A DNA stretch of 64,000 bases from a virus. The notes under the pieces were generated by a model. That model had not been told where the DNA came from, did not search any database, and worked only from the letters and a program-made list of their open reading frames with translations. A program made the position numbers and the translations under genes. How positions within the stretch are numbered: the stretch's first letter is position 1; every line of letters starts with the position of its first letter. The stretch is taken from positions 75,072-139,071 of IMG/VR virus record IMGVR_UViG_3300009155_000040. The stretch is one strand, 5' to 3'. Positions 40,001 to 48,929 of the stretch are shown piece after piece.

Positions 40001-43000
40001 CATGGACGTCTGTAACTTATTTTAACGGTGTGTTTGTTGCTGTAAGATCTTCATCAAATGCTGCCGCATATTCTATCAACGGAACTACTTGGGTAGCCGC
40101 AACGTTACCTAGCACTTCTAGTTGGACTGATGTAGTTGGCGGTATTATCGGTACTTCAAATTACCTAGTTGCTGTTGCTTCAGGAGGCACAGCCGCTGCA
40201 TATTCCGTAGACAACGGAGCGAACTGGGCATCGGCAACATTGCCAACCAGTTCTAACTGGTCTAGTGTTGCTTTTGGAAACGGAAGATTTGTTGCGATTG
40301 CTACCGGCAGCACGGCAGCAGCAGTTTCAATAAACGGAACAGCATGGACTACAGCGGCATTGCCTTCAAGTGCAAACTGGAACAGTATTACATTTGGCGA
40401 CGACGTGTTTGTTGCAGTGACCGATGGCGGAACAACCGCAGCAACATCATTCAACGGAACAACAGGATCTTGGACAGCACAGGCATTAGCTGCATCTGGA
40501 ACCTGGGAAGAAATCGCATACGGAAATTATTCAGGGCTTGGAATATTTGCCGTTGTTGGCTCAGGAAGCAATGCACTTTCAGTCAGCTTAACATCAGCTA
40601 ATCATAATTTAGCAGCTGGTCCGTTTGTAATCACACAGGTTCCGACCTCAACTTCAATTAGATTCCCTGCTAGAACTACCGGGACTATCAATGCAACTGC
40701 TGCGATATCGGGTGTGTTATATGCCAGACCAGATAGTTTCTTTGTACACAGACCGTTTGACGGTGGTGTTATGTTAGGTACTGGTGGCCCACAACACGGT
40801 GCACAGGCTATTCGTCAAAGTAAAAAATATATTCGTTATCAGTCTGGTAAAGGCATTATGTATACCACAGGTGCATTATTTGCACCAAATTATAATTTAG
40901 CAAGTGCAACAGCCGCAGGATACACCACAGGTAGTTATATCACTATGAGCACTGACGATACTGACCACGGACTACAACCGGGCGGTATCATTGAAGTCAC
41001 AGGATTTAATTCTTTTGAGTACAACGGAACATACACAGTTGAAAGCATACTATCTTCTAGATCTTTTAGAGTTCGTGCCCTAGTGCCGTTATCAACATTG
41101 GTTGCCGATATTGGACCTCGATGCATTCTTTCTGTTAAATCGTGGCACGGCTCAACCGTTCGCGTTGGCGCATTTGATGATCAAAACGGAATTTTCTATC
41201 AATTCGATGGCAATGAATTGTCATTGGTTAGAAGAAGTGCAACATTCCAACTAGCTGGCCAGTGCGCAATTCAAACTGAAAGCAATTTAGTTCAAGGAAC
41301 AGGAACTAGATTTACTTCACAAATTAAAGTACACGACAAAGTTGTTATTCGAGGAATGACCCACACAGTTACCAGCATTACTAATGATACAACCTTAACT
41401 GTAGCTCCAGACTGGAGAGGAGTTAACAACGTTGTCGGCGTTAAAATGTGTTTGGTAAAAGAATTAGTAGTCCCGCAACACGAATGGAATATGGATAAAG
41501 GTGACGGAACTGGACCAAGCGGTTATAACATTATTCCGCAGCGTATGCAGATGATCGGTATTCAATATTCATGGTATGCGGCAGGTTTTATTGAATTCAT
41601 GATCAGGGGTGCCGATGGTAAATTTGTATTCTTACACAGAATTCGTAACAGCAACATTAACTACGAAGCGTATATGCGTACAGCTAACTTACCTGTTCGT
41701 TATGAAGTTGAAAATAGATCAGCCTTAGATAAATTATCAGCAGGTTTGTCAGCAACTGCAACATCGTTATACTTAACTGATGCTTCAAGATTTCCAAGTT
41801 CCGGAACTTTATATGTTGACAATGAGTTAATTTTCTATGCTGGAAAATCAGGAAACAGATTAACTGGAGTATCTAGAGCTGCCAACTTGAGCAATTTCTC
41901 TGCAGGACAAAACAGAACCTATACAGCAGGAGCAGCAACTACACACTCTGCAGGTGCTGGCGTAGCATTGGTAAGTTGTACGATTACTCCAACTATTAAC
42001 CACTGGGGTTCTGCTATTTTAACAGACGGTATGTTTGACGAAGATCGCGGTTATATCTTTAACTATGCTGCTACAGGTTTGACTGCAAGCGTCGATAAAC
42101 AAACGGCATTTATGATTCGACTAGCACCTAGCGTGTCAAATGCACTGGTTGGAGATTTAGGTGAGCGTGATTTATTGAACAGAGCGCAATTATTATTAAA
42201 TGAAATTTCTGTAACTGCAGACTCTGGTACTGGGGCTATCGTTGTTGAAGGAGTTTTAAATCCAAGAAACTACCCATCAGATCCGACTAAGATTACATGG
42301 AGCGGATTATCCAGTGCTGGAGCAGGCGGCCAGCCAAGTTTCGCACAGGTCGCTCTCGGTGGTGCGATTAACTGGGGCGGAACACCGTTAACAACTTCTA
42401 CAGCAACAATCCAAGGAGCATTGACTGCCACTTTAGTAGCTAGGGCATTTAGTAATGTAACTAATGCAATTACTGCATTAAACTTTTCTCCAACTGGCCC
42501 AACAACAGGAAATACTACCTATCTATCTGCTCTCAGCACAGCTAGAACTGATTTCTTAATAACTAATGCTGCATACGATACGCTACTATCTACAACTCCG
42601 TTACGTGTTGGAGATACATTATCAGTAGCTACATACTTGACCAGTGGTCAACAAATCACATCTATTACTAGAAGTTATCTAGGAACAGCATACACACAGA
42701 TCGTAATGAACGTTCCGGCCAATCTCAGCAGTCCTACAACAACAGGTCAGAACATTGCCATTACAGTTACATCTAGTATTTCAACCCAGTATGCCAGTGC
42801 GATCAGTACTGCAAGAACAGACTTTTTGGTACTCGATACAGACGCTACCAGCTCAGGTATAGCAGCTGGAGATACTGTACAGGTAGCTACATTCTTAACT
42901 GCGAATCAAACAGTCAGTTTAATTACTCCAGCTTATGCTAGAGTAGCTAGTATATCGTATACAAGAATTGTGTTGACTGCTGCAGGAAACGGCCTTAGTA

Positions 43001-43512
43001 CAGCAGGTTCTGCAAATACTGTAAGCACCACTGTTACAGCATCAGGAACTGCTGCTTCTTATGCGTTCACTAACTTTTTATTCTTTACAAATGCATCGTG
43101 GAACGCATCGGGTGCTACCACTGGTACTAGGGTAGCGAGTAATTTTACTCAATTCCCAGCTGGTACATCTGTAGCTGGTATCGCATCAAGAACACTTGGC
43201 GGGATAACTGTTAGACGTGTTACATTTACACAAACGTCAGGCTCAACACTATCAGCTGCTGGAACAGTTACATTCCAATTTGGTGACGTTCAATTTGCTC
43301 TTCCGGGAGAACAGGTATTTTCATTCATTAGTAATCCCGGTTCAACAACGTCTATTAATTTGTCACAATTGAAAGAGTTGACAACCACAGCAATCGGTGG
43401 TAGAGGTGCATTCCCGAACGGGCCTGACGTATTGGCAATTAATATCTATAAGGTAGCGGGAACTGCGGTGCCAGCAGGTATTATTCTGCGTTGGGGTGAA
43501 GCTCAGGCTTAA
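37012..43512 (+). CDS. Giant modular tail-fibre-like protein C (2166 aa)
   Basis: Thr/Ser/Gly-rich. KCTRDVGYFIDSIAHDL module, three G..LGG..P.ND..I.V repeats, about six propeller repeats and a duplicated STARTDFL domain. Confidence 0.7.
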   Translation: MAKKKIDYFVFEPGISKDTSLYPKAVALLVANKTFLQEQVVRFINYNITNGIAPYIGYTYAPSKCTRDVGYFIDSIAHDLQYGGNVKSRLTSDYFWIDGEPMIRGDVSPEITGQAYLRDIVSNYIFRNITVPTTYGSPTAGQALQTKITGSPAESGADTRNVELWNIFRDVISYGTPSIPAKENGVSSIRLMGRYTHSEILLITDTESGNIIYNFSDPSTSMDIVYKTAKSSGDNQPVSDLDFPSWWQTGDCITTLYFSYDTSAFTGNDIQIFVENDSQTIRPWDFGTDAIERMRVAAPQAMLDADFEYGLQPTKWQAIGMMRNYPSLYELSGTDITVSDISTDASANTGNFGASLITVTTNGSHGFSTGTPITVKGLAPSVSGFSRAEGSFLVNSVISSVTFTYYSSAKVGTSTGQSLYTSYAQVRQAGFYTGAAIGSATYSLFSNGSTQTIVSKFDTLAGSFQIAFNGTSPTPGSPISGSPYIPSGTSVSGVIGLSTVNTKIKTTTQTTDTVIYITDPTGVQAGMAIDDGSNNAIFINSIGVSGQLNLSSAFSQIKQGANRATSSVAGTNFPANGTGATFIVDRSGGAYTSVVDAGDSTGNGQGYSVGDIVKILGSDLGGVDVTNDLFITVSTVDSAGAILTFTYSGTAATGGATYSNVALSSTDSVSGSAAQITVVRQGGTGSYGITLVGGGTGFAQGDTVTWDGTNFGGTSPANDIVITVDGVAFGTGAIVDFTVSLTAIGVNGNQTYTSISGISVANTGSGAVFDITAAEGTYSAETTAGITSTGYRVGNRIVIPGNLLGGASPLNDCTLSVTAVSSGNITTVSASGTPFAGADIVIYPSVTISEAITNEILEGTTLNVGAIATVQVDFTSAHGLLPGSSILSSVTSQPAPGFASTTRALTNSQSWISTAFYGGTFLAITSDSARTNKSIDGQSWTNVGSLPAASSWTSIAAGPISGTTYWVAVQQTGTLAAYSTDNGANWTAMGALPSSGTWTSVTYFNGVFVAVRSSSNAAAYSINGTTWVAATLPSTSSWTDVVGGIIGTSNYLVAVASGGTAAAYSVDNGANWASATLPTSSNWSSVAFGNGRFVAIATGSTAAAVSINGTAWTTAALPSSANWNSITFGDDVFVAVTDGGTTAATSFNGTTGSWTAQALAASGTWEEIAYGNYSGLGIFAVVGSGSNALSVSLTSANHNLAAGPFVITQVPTSTSIRFPARTTGTINATAAISGVLYARPDSFFVHRPFDGGVMLGTGGPQHGAQAIRQSKKYIRYQSGKGIMYTTGALFAPNYNLASATAAGYTTGSYITMSTDDTDHGLQPGGIIEVTGFNSFEYNGTYTVESILSSRSFRVRALVPLSTLVADIGPRCILSVKSWHGSTVRVGAFDDQNGIFYQFDGNELSLVRRSATFQLAGQCAIQTESNLVQGTGTRFTSQIKVHDKVVIRGMTHTVTSITNDTTLTVAPDWRGVNNVVGVKMCLVKELVVPQHEWNMDKGDGTGPSGYNIIPQRMQMIGIQYSWYAAGFIEFMIRGADGKFVFLHRIRNSNINYEAYMRTANLPVRYEVENRSALDKLSAGLSATATSLYLTDASRFPSSGTLYVDNELIFYAGKSGNRLTGVSRAANLSNFSAGQNRTYTAGAATTHSAGAGVALVSCTITPTINHWGSAILTDGMFDEDRGYIFNYAATGLTASVDKQTAFMIRLAPSVSNALVGDLGERDLLNRAQLLLNEISVTADSGTGAIVVEGVLNPRNYPSDPTKITWSGLSSAGAGGQPSFAQVALGGAINWGGTPLTTSTATIQGALTATLVARAFSNVTNAITALNFSPTGPTTGNTTYLSALSTARTDFLITNAAYDTLLSTTPLRVGDTLSVATYLTSGQQITSITRSYLGTAYTQIVMNVPANLSSPTTTGQNIAITVTSSISTQYASAISTARTDFLVLDTDATSSGIAAGDTVQVATFLTANQTVSLITPAYARVASISYTRIVLTAAGNGLSTAGSANTVSTTVTASGTAASYAFTNFLFFTNASWNASGATTGTRVASNFTQFPAGTSVAGIASRTLGGITVRRVTFTQTSGSTLSAAGTVTFQFGDVQFALPGEQVFSFISNPGSTTSINLSQLKELTTTAIGGRGAFPNGPDVLAINIYKVAGTAVPAGIILRWGEAQA

Positions 43513-43783
43513 GGAATCGTTCTTGGTCCCAAGCAAGTAGCCGACTATCTAATTGTTTTTTATATTCGGCTACTTGATTTCTATTTTCAGCTATTTCGTC
43601 AGTGGCTATTTTGCCAGTGAAAAATATCTGTTCATGAGTTCTATCAATATATTGAATATGTTCTTTCAATTTAACCAACATGTCTGTAAGTTGATTTTTT
43701 AGATTCTCGTCAGTGATCTGAGAAATTCTTTTTTGATAATTTTCGTAATCTTCAATAAATCTTTGACTATTTTGTATTAGCAT
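43481..43783 (-). CDS. Hypothetical helical protein (100 aa)
   Basis: Last gene of the minus-strand cassette; overlaps the end of 37012 convergently by 32 nt. Confidence 0.65.
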   Translation of the reverse strand: MLIQNSQRFIEDYENYQKRISQITDENLKNQLTDMLVKLKEHIQYIDRTHEQIFFTGKIATDEIAENRNQVAEYKKQLDSRLLAWDQERFLKPELHPNAE

Positions 43784-44159
43784 CTTCGTTCTCTAATATT
43801 AATATGGTTTCAATTTTGGTTCTAATAACGGTATTATTTAATGTGACCTTCAACCCGCCATGTAGCTGATTAGGCAAATGATCCAAATCACACCATGCTA
43901 TTGTTTTACTAGCAGAAGTTAAAAATTCATCTTTGGTTAGACACACGTAAGTTCCGTATTCAAAACCCTTGTCTTCAGAAATATACAATTCAATTGGCAG
44001 TAATCTACCAGGGCTATATGTTTCTAAAAGTTTTTCAGCATCGGATAATAGCGACTCTTGTCTAGAAAATGTAGGTACAGTCCACTTAGATTCTTCTAAT
44101 ACTAGAAGTATCCGTCCTGTTGTTTTAGCAAGAAAAAGTAATCCGGCACGCTGTTGCAT
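43767..44159 (-). CDS. Degenerate Nudix-fold protein
   Basis: AGLLFLAKTTGRILLV..W.VP start and AW..L..LP..LH.GL end resemble phage Nudix proteins, but the Nudix box is absent. ATG lies 5 nt after TAAGTA. Confidence 0.5.
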   Translation of the reverse strand: MQQRAGLLFLAKTTGRILLVLEESKWTVPTFSRQESLLSDAEKLLETYSPGRLLPIELYISEDKGFEYGTYVCLTKDEFLTSASKTIAWCDLDHLPNQLHGGLKVTLNNTVIRTKIETILILENEDANTK

Positions 44160-44167
44160 ACCTTTAC

Positions 44168-45661
44168 TTATAAGCTGGGCGGTAAGAAATTCCACAAACC
44201 TGGTGCGTATTCGCCTTCAAACGCTTTAATCCACTGATCTCCATCCCAGCGATATTTGATGCCTGTACGCAGATTTTGAATATATGTTGGGTCATCACCT
44301 GTAACTGGATCCCATACAGTTACCCACGCAGTTCCACTCCATTCAATAATAGAATTAGCTTTAATTACAGGGTCTGATAAATTGAGATTTTTCCAAGCAT
44401 CTGGGCCGTCATAAAGTGTTGCCGTACTAGTAACAGTTGCAGGACCATAAGATTGTCCAACATTTACACTTGAATTAACATCATCTAACATAAGGAATCT
44501 AATGCCCAACGGAATAGCAGCCTGACTGCCATACACTTCTATTGGATTGTATTTGTAAGGATCTATAATGGCATCTACAGTTCCTCTTGCAGCAACTCCT
44601 GTAATAGTACTGTTGACTAATGTGTTTTGTGGGATTGTATCTTGATCAAATGTCACTACTAGAACTGAAGGATTTACAGTATTGATGGCGTAAGTACCAA
44701 TCATTTCATATCCAGAAGATTGTTTAAAAAACATTTGACTTCCGGGTTCGTATCCGCCTTGAACTGTTAGAATTCCATTCCAGTCAATCGGTTCTCCGTT
44801 TTTAATAGACTTTTGATCTAGTCCTAGTGCTAATACCGCAGCATCTGGATTGACCAATGTTACATCGTAATCGTACGGCTGACCGTTATTAGATTTAAAC
44901 AATAACACTCTGTATCTATTTGAAGTTGTTTCAAATGTTCCTTTTCTTCTGTTGTAAATCAAATCTTCAAGGCTAACAATATCACCTTCTTCGCTGAATA
45001 CATTGTTAATAATATTCTTAACGATTCCAAGTTTTTTAACTTTGGCCGGCGGAGTAATCCAAATTGGCATTTCAAATTCTATAGTGCTTATGTCAATCTC
45101 ACTTTCTGCGCCCTGTGGAATAGTTCTAGAACTAAACGTAATAGTTTTAATATCTAAAACACTTAAACTGGTCCAATCAATATAGTTGTCAGTAGTCTGT
45201 ATTTCTAAACTTGGATTGAATAAAACTAAAAGCTGCTCCATTAACTGTAATTTTTGATCAGTATTGCTGGTCCAGATGTCTGCTTTCATAGAAAGTTTAT
45301 ATGGGGTTGGCATTAATCTTTCAACAGTATACCCACCGCCTTGACTGCTTCCGTACTCTATTTGTCCGCTGTTGTCGCTCCATTTTCTTTCACGAATATT
45401 AACCTTGCTGACAAAGGTTGCATCTGAAATTCTAGTAGAATCTGTTTCTAACCCAGAAATATAGCAGGCAATTTTTGGAACCGTGGACATTTTATTTTCA
45501 GAATTGTCTTTGATTAAACTGGCAACTTGTCGAGTCATATCACCATACATCACAGGAACTTCTCGTTGTTCACCGTCTCCTGCTTGATATTTAAAACCTA
45601 TAAACACACGCATAAACTGTGTGACATAGCGTCTTATCTGTCCGTCGTAAAAGAAATCCAT
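44168..45661 (-). CDS. gp15: Tail terminator / sheath stabiliser, extended form (497 aa)
   Basis: FFYDGQIRRY..QF, VPVMYG and PTPY.L...IWT..DQKLQLMEQLLVLFNP motifs. Confidence 0.8.
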   Translation of the reverse strand: MDFFYDGQIRRYVTQFMRVFIGFKYQAGDGEQREVPVMYGDMTRQVASLIKDNSENKMSTVPKIACYISGLETDSTRISDATFVSKVNIRERKWSDNSGQIEYGSSQGGGYTVERLMPTPYKLSMKADIWTSNTDQKLQLMEQLLVLFNPSLEIQTTDNYIDWTSLSVLDIKTITFSSRTIPQGAESEIDISTIEFEMPIWITPPAKVKKLGIVKNIINNVFSEEGDIVSLEDLIYNRRKGTFETTSNRYRVLLFKSNNGQPYDYDVTLVNPDAAVLALGLDQKSIKNGEPIDWNGILTVQGGYEPGSQMFFKQSSGYEMIGTYAINTVNPSVLVVTFDQDTIPQNTLVNSTITGVAARGTVDAIIDPYKYNPIEVYGSQAAIPLGIRFLMLDDVNSSVNVGQSYGPATVTSTATLYDGPDAWKNLNLSDPVIKANSIIEWSGTAWVTVWDPVTGDDPTYIQNLRTGIKYRWDGDQWIKAFEGEYAPGLWNFLPPSL

Positions 45662-47043
45662 TATTCGTCCGCCTGTGGTCTTAATGCCTTAGATAGGCTT
45701 TGTTTTTCTTCAATGTTATGTCCGTCAATTACATTGGTAGTATTGTTGTTAATGAAACTGGTTTTCTGTGTAACACGAATCTGTTGCCATTTTGCAATGT
45801 CTGCTGATGGACGAATTCCTAAGTTGTTATTAACTTTAGATACGTATTCTGCATTATTAAATTTAACAAGATCGTTCTTCTGATAGGTTGCACCAACAGT
45901 CCACAGACCTTGATTGACAGTACCATCATGAGAACCTCTATTGCTCATAGTCATACGCACATTATCTTCCTGTTTAACCCAACGTGTTCCATTATAACGG
46001 AATAATCTATTTGGCAAATAGTCTGTTCTTAGAGCAAACTGACCTTCAACTGGACTGTTAGGAAATGCAATTCCTGCAGTGAATGGTGCTCCATTTTGCG
46101 GAATGCCATCTTGTGTAATGTATCCTCGATAACCTTTCTGTGCCGCCGATAACAACATGGTGCTGGCTGTTGATCCAACATACACCGGATTGCCTTCATC
46201 GTCAAATAATAAATTACCAGCATCATCGGTTGCCTGTGTTTCTACAGAAGCATCTAATACTTCAGAATCAACAGTTGTTAAAATTGAATCACCCTGGGCA
46301 TCTGTTTGCAAGGTATAGAAACTAGTAGTATCAAAACCACTTCTTGGCACATCGGCCTCTGCTTGATCAAGAACTGCCTGCGTAATCTGCATTTCTTTCT
46401 CATACGTACTCATGATATCTCGTAGAGTAGTTGTTCCGTCCTCGCCAGTATCGTCTGCAAGTCCGTCAAGTATATCTTTAAATTCTTGACTGTCTACCAT
46501 TGGTTTACATTTTGCACGATATAAATGTGGATACCAAGTAGCTGAAAATCCTTCAGCAGCACGGGTAACTTCTTCAATAACATAAAAACGTTTTAGAGCA
46601 AATTGTAAATCGTTAAGTGCATGGTCATCTTTTAGATGAGGTAATTCAATAACGTCCCCCGCTATAAGTTTTCTTCCTATTTTTTCAATAGTGTCGTTGA
46701 TATGGAAGGTTACAAATATTGTGTCGTTCTGTAAAAATAATCCAAATTGACTTAGGTTAAAATCTAAATCTTGTATATTGTAAACACCACGTAGTGTAAA
46801 AATGTCAGGTTCGTATTTTCTATCTCTGTTTTCTAAAAACAGTAGATCTTGAATTTGCGATGGATTTGTACTAGAGTATGTAGGAGTAGTTGGTGTATCA
46901 TTGATAGAACTTCCTGGTCCTAGATACTTGTGTATAAGCACGTCGACTCCGCCTACTTGGAACATTTCCCAAATAGTTTTATCGATAAACTTGTAATCAT
47001 TGCCCTTTTCGGGACGGTATAAGCTGAGTCTTGGCATAGTCAT
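45661..47043 (-). CDS. gp14: Neck protein, extended form (460 aa; start at 47043 or 47037)
   Basis: EMFQVGGVDVLIHKY, FLENRDRKY, LSQFGLFL and AGDVIELPHL motifs. Confidence 0.8.
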   Translation of the reverse strand: MTMPRLSLYRPEKGNDYKFIDKTIWEMFQVGGVDVLIHKYLGPGSSINDTPTTPTYSSTNPSQIQDLLFLENRDRKYEPDIFTLRGVYNIQDLDFNLSQFGLFLQNDTIFVTFHINDTIEKIGRKLIAGDVIELPHLKDDHALNDLQFALKRFYVIEEVTRAAEGFSATWYPHLYRAKCKPMVDSQEFKDILDGLADDTGEDGTTTLRDIMSTYEKEMQITQAVLDQAEADVPRSGFDTTSFYTLQTDAQGDSILTTVDSEVLDASVETQATDDAGNLLFDDEGNPVYVGSTASTMLLSAAQKGYRGYITQDGIPQNGAPFTAGIAFPNSPVEGQFALRTDYLPNRLFRYNGTRWVKQEDNVRMTMSNRGSHDGTVNQGLWTVGATYQKNDLVKFNNAEYVSKVNNNLGIRPSADIAKWQQIRVTQKTSFINNNTTNVIDGHNIEEKQSLSKALRPQADE

Positions 47044-47044
47044 A

Positions 47045-47065
47045 TATTTACCGCTACGATAAATA
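47045..47065. promoter_or_regulatory. Back-to-back divergent late promoters
   Basis: TAAATA on the minus strand (47050-47045) and on the plus strand (47060-47065) within a 27-bp intergenic gap. Confidence 0.7.
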
Positions 47066-47070
47066 GTTAT

Positions 47071-47826
47071 ATGAGCTCAACTGATCAAGCAAAACAACAG
47101 GTTTTTAACTACTGCAAAACCATGCTAGGCGATGGCATGATTGATGTAGAATTAGATCCTATACACTATGAAACAGCACTTAATCGTGCCCTAGCAGTTT
47201 TCCGTCAACGCAGCGATAACGCTGTAGAAGAAAGCTATGCATTTCTAACATTAACAGAAGCCCAAAACGAATATATTCTACCTCAAGAAATACAGCAGGT
47301 AAGGCAGATATTTCGTCGAAGCGTAGGATCTAGAACGGGTAACGGAACAGGCGGCACTGTTTTTGAACCATTCAACATGGCCTATACTAACACTTATTTG
47401 CTAGCCAGTACAAATATGGGTGGGTTACTAACTTACGAATTGTTTGCTCAATACCAAGAACTAGTTGGTAAAATGTTTGGTAGTTACATTAACTTTACAT
47501 GGCATCCACAAAGTCGTAAACTTATAATTCATCAACGTCCTCGAGGAGAGGAAAGCGTGATGTTGCAGGTTTACAATACCAAACCAGACTTTGCTATCAT
47601 TGACGATGTGTATTCGGGGCAATGGATTAAAGATTATAGTCTTGCCAACTGTAAAATGATGCTGGGTCAAGCACGTGAAAAGTTTGCTCAAATTGCAGGA
47701 CCACAGGGCGGTACTGGATTGAACGGTGCGGCTATGAAAACCGAAGCCCAGGCAGAAATTGATAAATTGGATGAGGCACTTAAAACCGGAATCACTACCC
47801 AAGGTTGGGGTTGGGTAATTGGTTAA
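47071..47826 (+). CDS. gp13: Neck protein
   Basis: LGDGMIDVEL and WIKDYSLANCKMMLGQAREKFAQIAGPQGG..LNG motifs. Confidence 0.88.
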   Translation: MSSTDQAKQQVFNYCKTMLGDGMIDVELDPIHYETALNRALAVFRQRSDNAVEESYAFLTLTEAQNEYILPQEIQQVRQIFRRSVGSRTGNGTGGTVFEPFNMAYTNTYLLASTNMGGLLTYELFAQYQELVGKMFGSYINFTWHPQSRKLIIHQRPRGEESVMLQVYNTKPDFAIIDDVYSGQWIKDYSLANCKMMLGQAREKFAQIAGPQGGTGLNGAAMKTEAQAEIDKLDEALKTGITTQGWGWVIG

Positions 47827-47832
47827 ATTCCT

Positions 47833-47861
47833 TTGACTTTTTAGTAAATCTATATTATAAT
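47833..47861 (+). promoter_or_regulatory. Sigma70-type early promoter
   Basis: TTGACT - 17 nt - TATAAT, followed by an AGGAG SD. Confidence 0.85.
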
Positions 47862-47880
47862 AGTCTTATAGGAGACAATT

Positions 47881-48540
47881 ATGATCATAGGTATTTGCGG
47901 TTTTATCGGCAGCGGCAAGGACACAGTCGCTGACTATCTAGTTAACTTCCACGAATTTAGACGAGAATCATTTGCAAGCACACTTAAAGATGCTGTGGCA
48001 AATGTCTTTGGCTGGGACCGAACAATGCTTGAAGGGCGCACTAAAGAAGCACGTGAGTGGCGCGAACAAGTAGATCCTTGGTGGGCCGAACGATTAGATA
48101 TGCCTACACTCACTCCTCGGTGGGTATTACAATTCTGGGGTACTGAAGTTTGCCGCAAAAGTTTCCACGATGATATTTGGATTGCCAGCTTAGAAAACAA
48201 AATCCGCAACAGCAAAGACAATGTGGTGATCAGTGATTGTCGCTTTCCTAATGAAATCTCCGCAATTAAAAATGCCGGTGGAACGATTGTTTGGGTACAG
48301 AGAGGTGCGTTACCCGAATGGTACGAACACGCTGTAGCTGCTAACAAAGGTTCAAATCTAGCAATCAACGAAATGAAAAGATTAGGAATCCATGCCAGCG
48401 AATGGGCTTGGTTAGGCAGTAAGTTTGATATTATTATTGATAATAACGGTACTATCGATCAGTTGTATCAACAGTCTGCAAATTTGTTAGAAATCGGCAA
48501 TGAGGTCTCCTTGTTTCCAAGCAATACCCTCTTTGCCTAA
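47881..48540 (+). CDS. gp1: Deoxynucleoside monophosphate kinase
   Basis: IIGICGFIGSGKDT P-loop, SFASTLKDAV, TPRWVLQFWGTEVCR and VVISDCRFPNE motifs. Confidence 0.92.
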   Translation: MIIGICGFIGSGKDTVADYLVNFHEFRRESFASTLKDAVANVFGWDRTMLEGRTKEAREWREQVDPWWAERLDMPTLTPRWVLQFWGTEVCRKSFHDDIWIASLENKIRNSKDNVVISDCRFPNEISAIKNAGGTIVWVQRGALPEWYEHAVAANKGSNLAINEMKRLGIHASEWAWLGSKFDIIIDNNGTIDQLYQQSANLLEIGNEVSLFPSNTLFA

Positions 48541-48822
48541 TATCTGAGCACAGTTACAGCAGACTGTTTTTAAGTTGCTGTACCTGCAATTATCGAGATT
48601 TCCGTCTATGTGAAATACACGGAAAACTTCTTTATGCTGCGATTTAAACCCGCACTTTTCACATTGCGATTTCATTTGGTAACCTAACTGCTGCCATCGC
48701 GGAATACCGTGTCCAATTCCGTGACTCATACAGACTTCACACAGTTTACGGTAGTAAACCCTTCCGTTCTTTTTATAGTTTATCGCTTTAGGGCGATATC
48801 CGCACTTGCAAAGTGGTCTCAT
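48487..48822 (-). CDS. Zn-binding HNH-like protein with a degenerate active site
   Basis: Cys pairs (CxC and CxxC) plus FHIDGNLDNCRYSNLKTVCCNC. ATG lies 5 nt after minus-strand TAAATA (48833-48828). Confidence 0.65.
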   Translation of the reverse strand: MRPLCKCGYRPKAINYKKNGRVYYRKLCEVCMSHGIGHGIPRWQQLGYQMKSQCEKCGFKSQHKEVFRVFHIDGNLDNCRYSNLKTVCCNCAQILGKEGIAWKQGDLIADF

Positions 48823-48929
48823 AAAGATATTTACACCTTTTTTGCCCCTTTTTCAATAAGGTAAAGAAGCCAATTTTCCTATTAACCGCTAAATACTTTG
48901 AGAAACACTATTACCAGGAGAAATAGGGA

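Noticed and set aside
14655-43512. Diversity-generating retroelement or invertible fibre cassette
   Set aside because: No reverse transcriptase or recombinase in the window. The 58-bp repeat differs by one C/T, not by adenine-specific changes, and both copies are in coding sequence in direct orientation.
48487-48822. Mobile homing endonuclease
   Set aside because: Catalytic residues appear degenerate, and the gene has an integrated late-promoter context.
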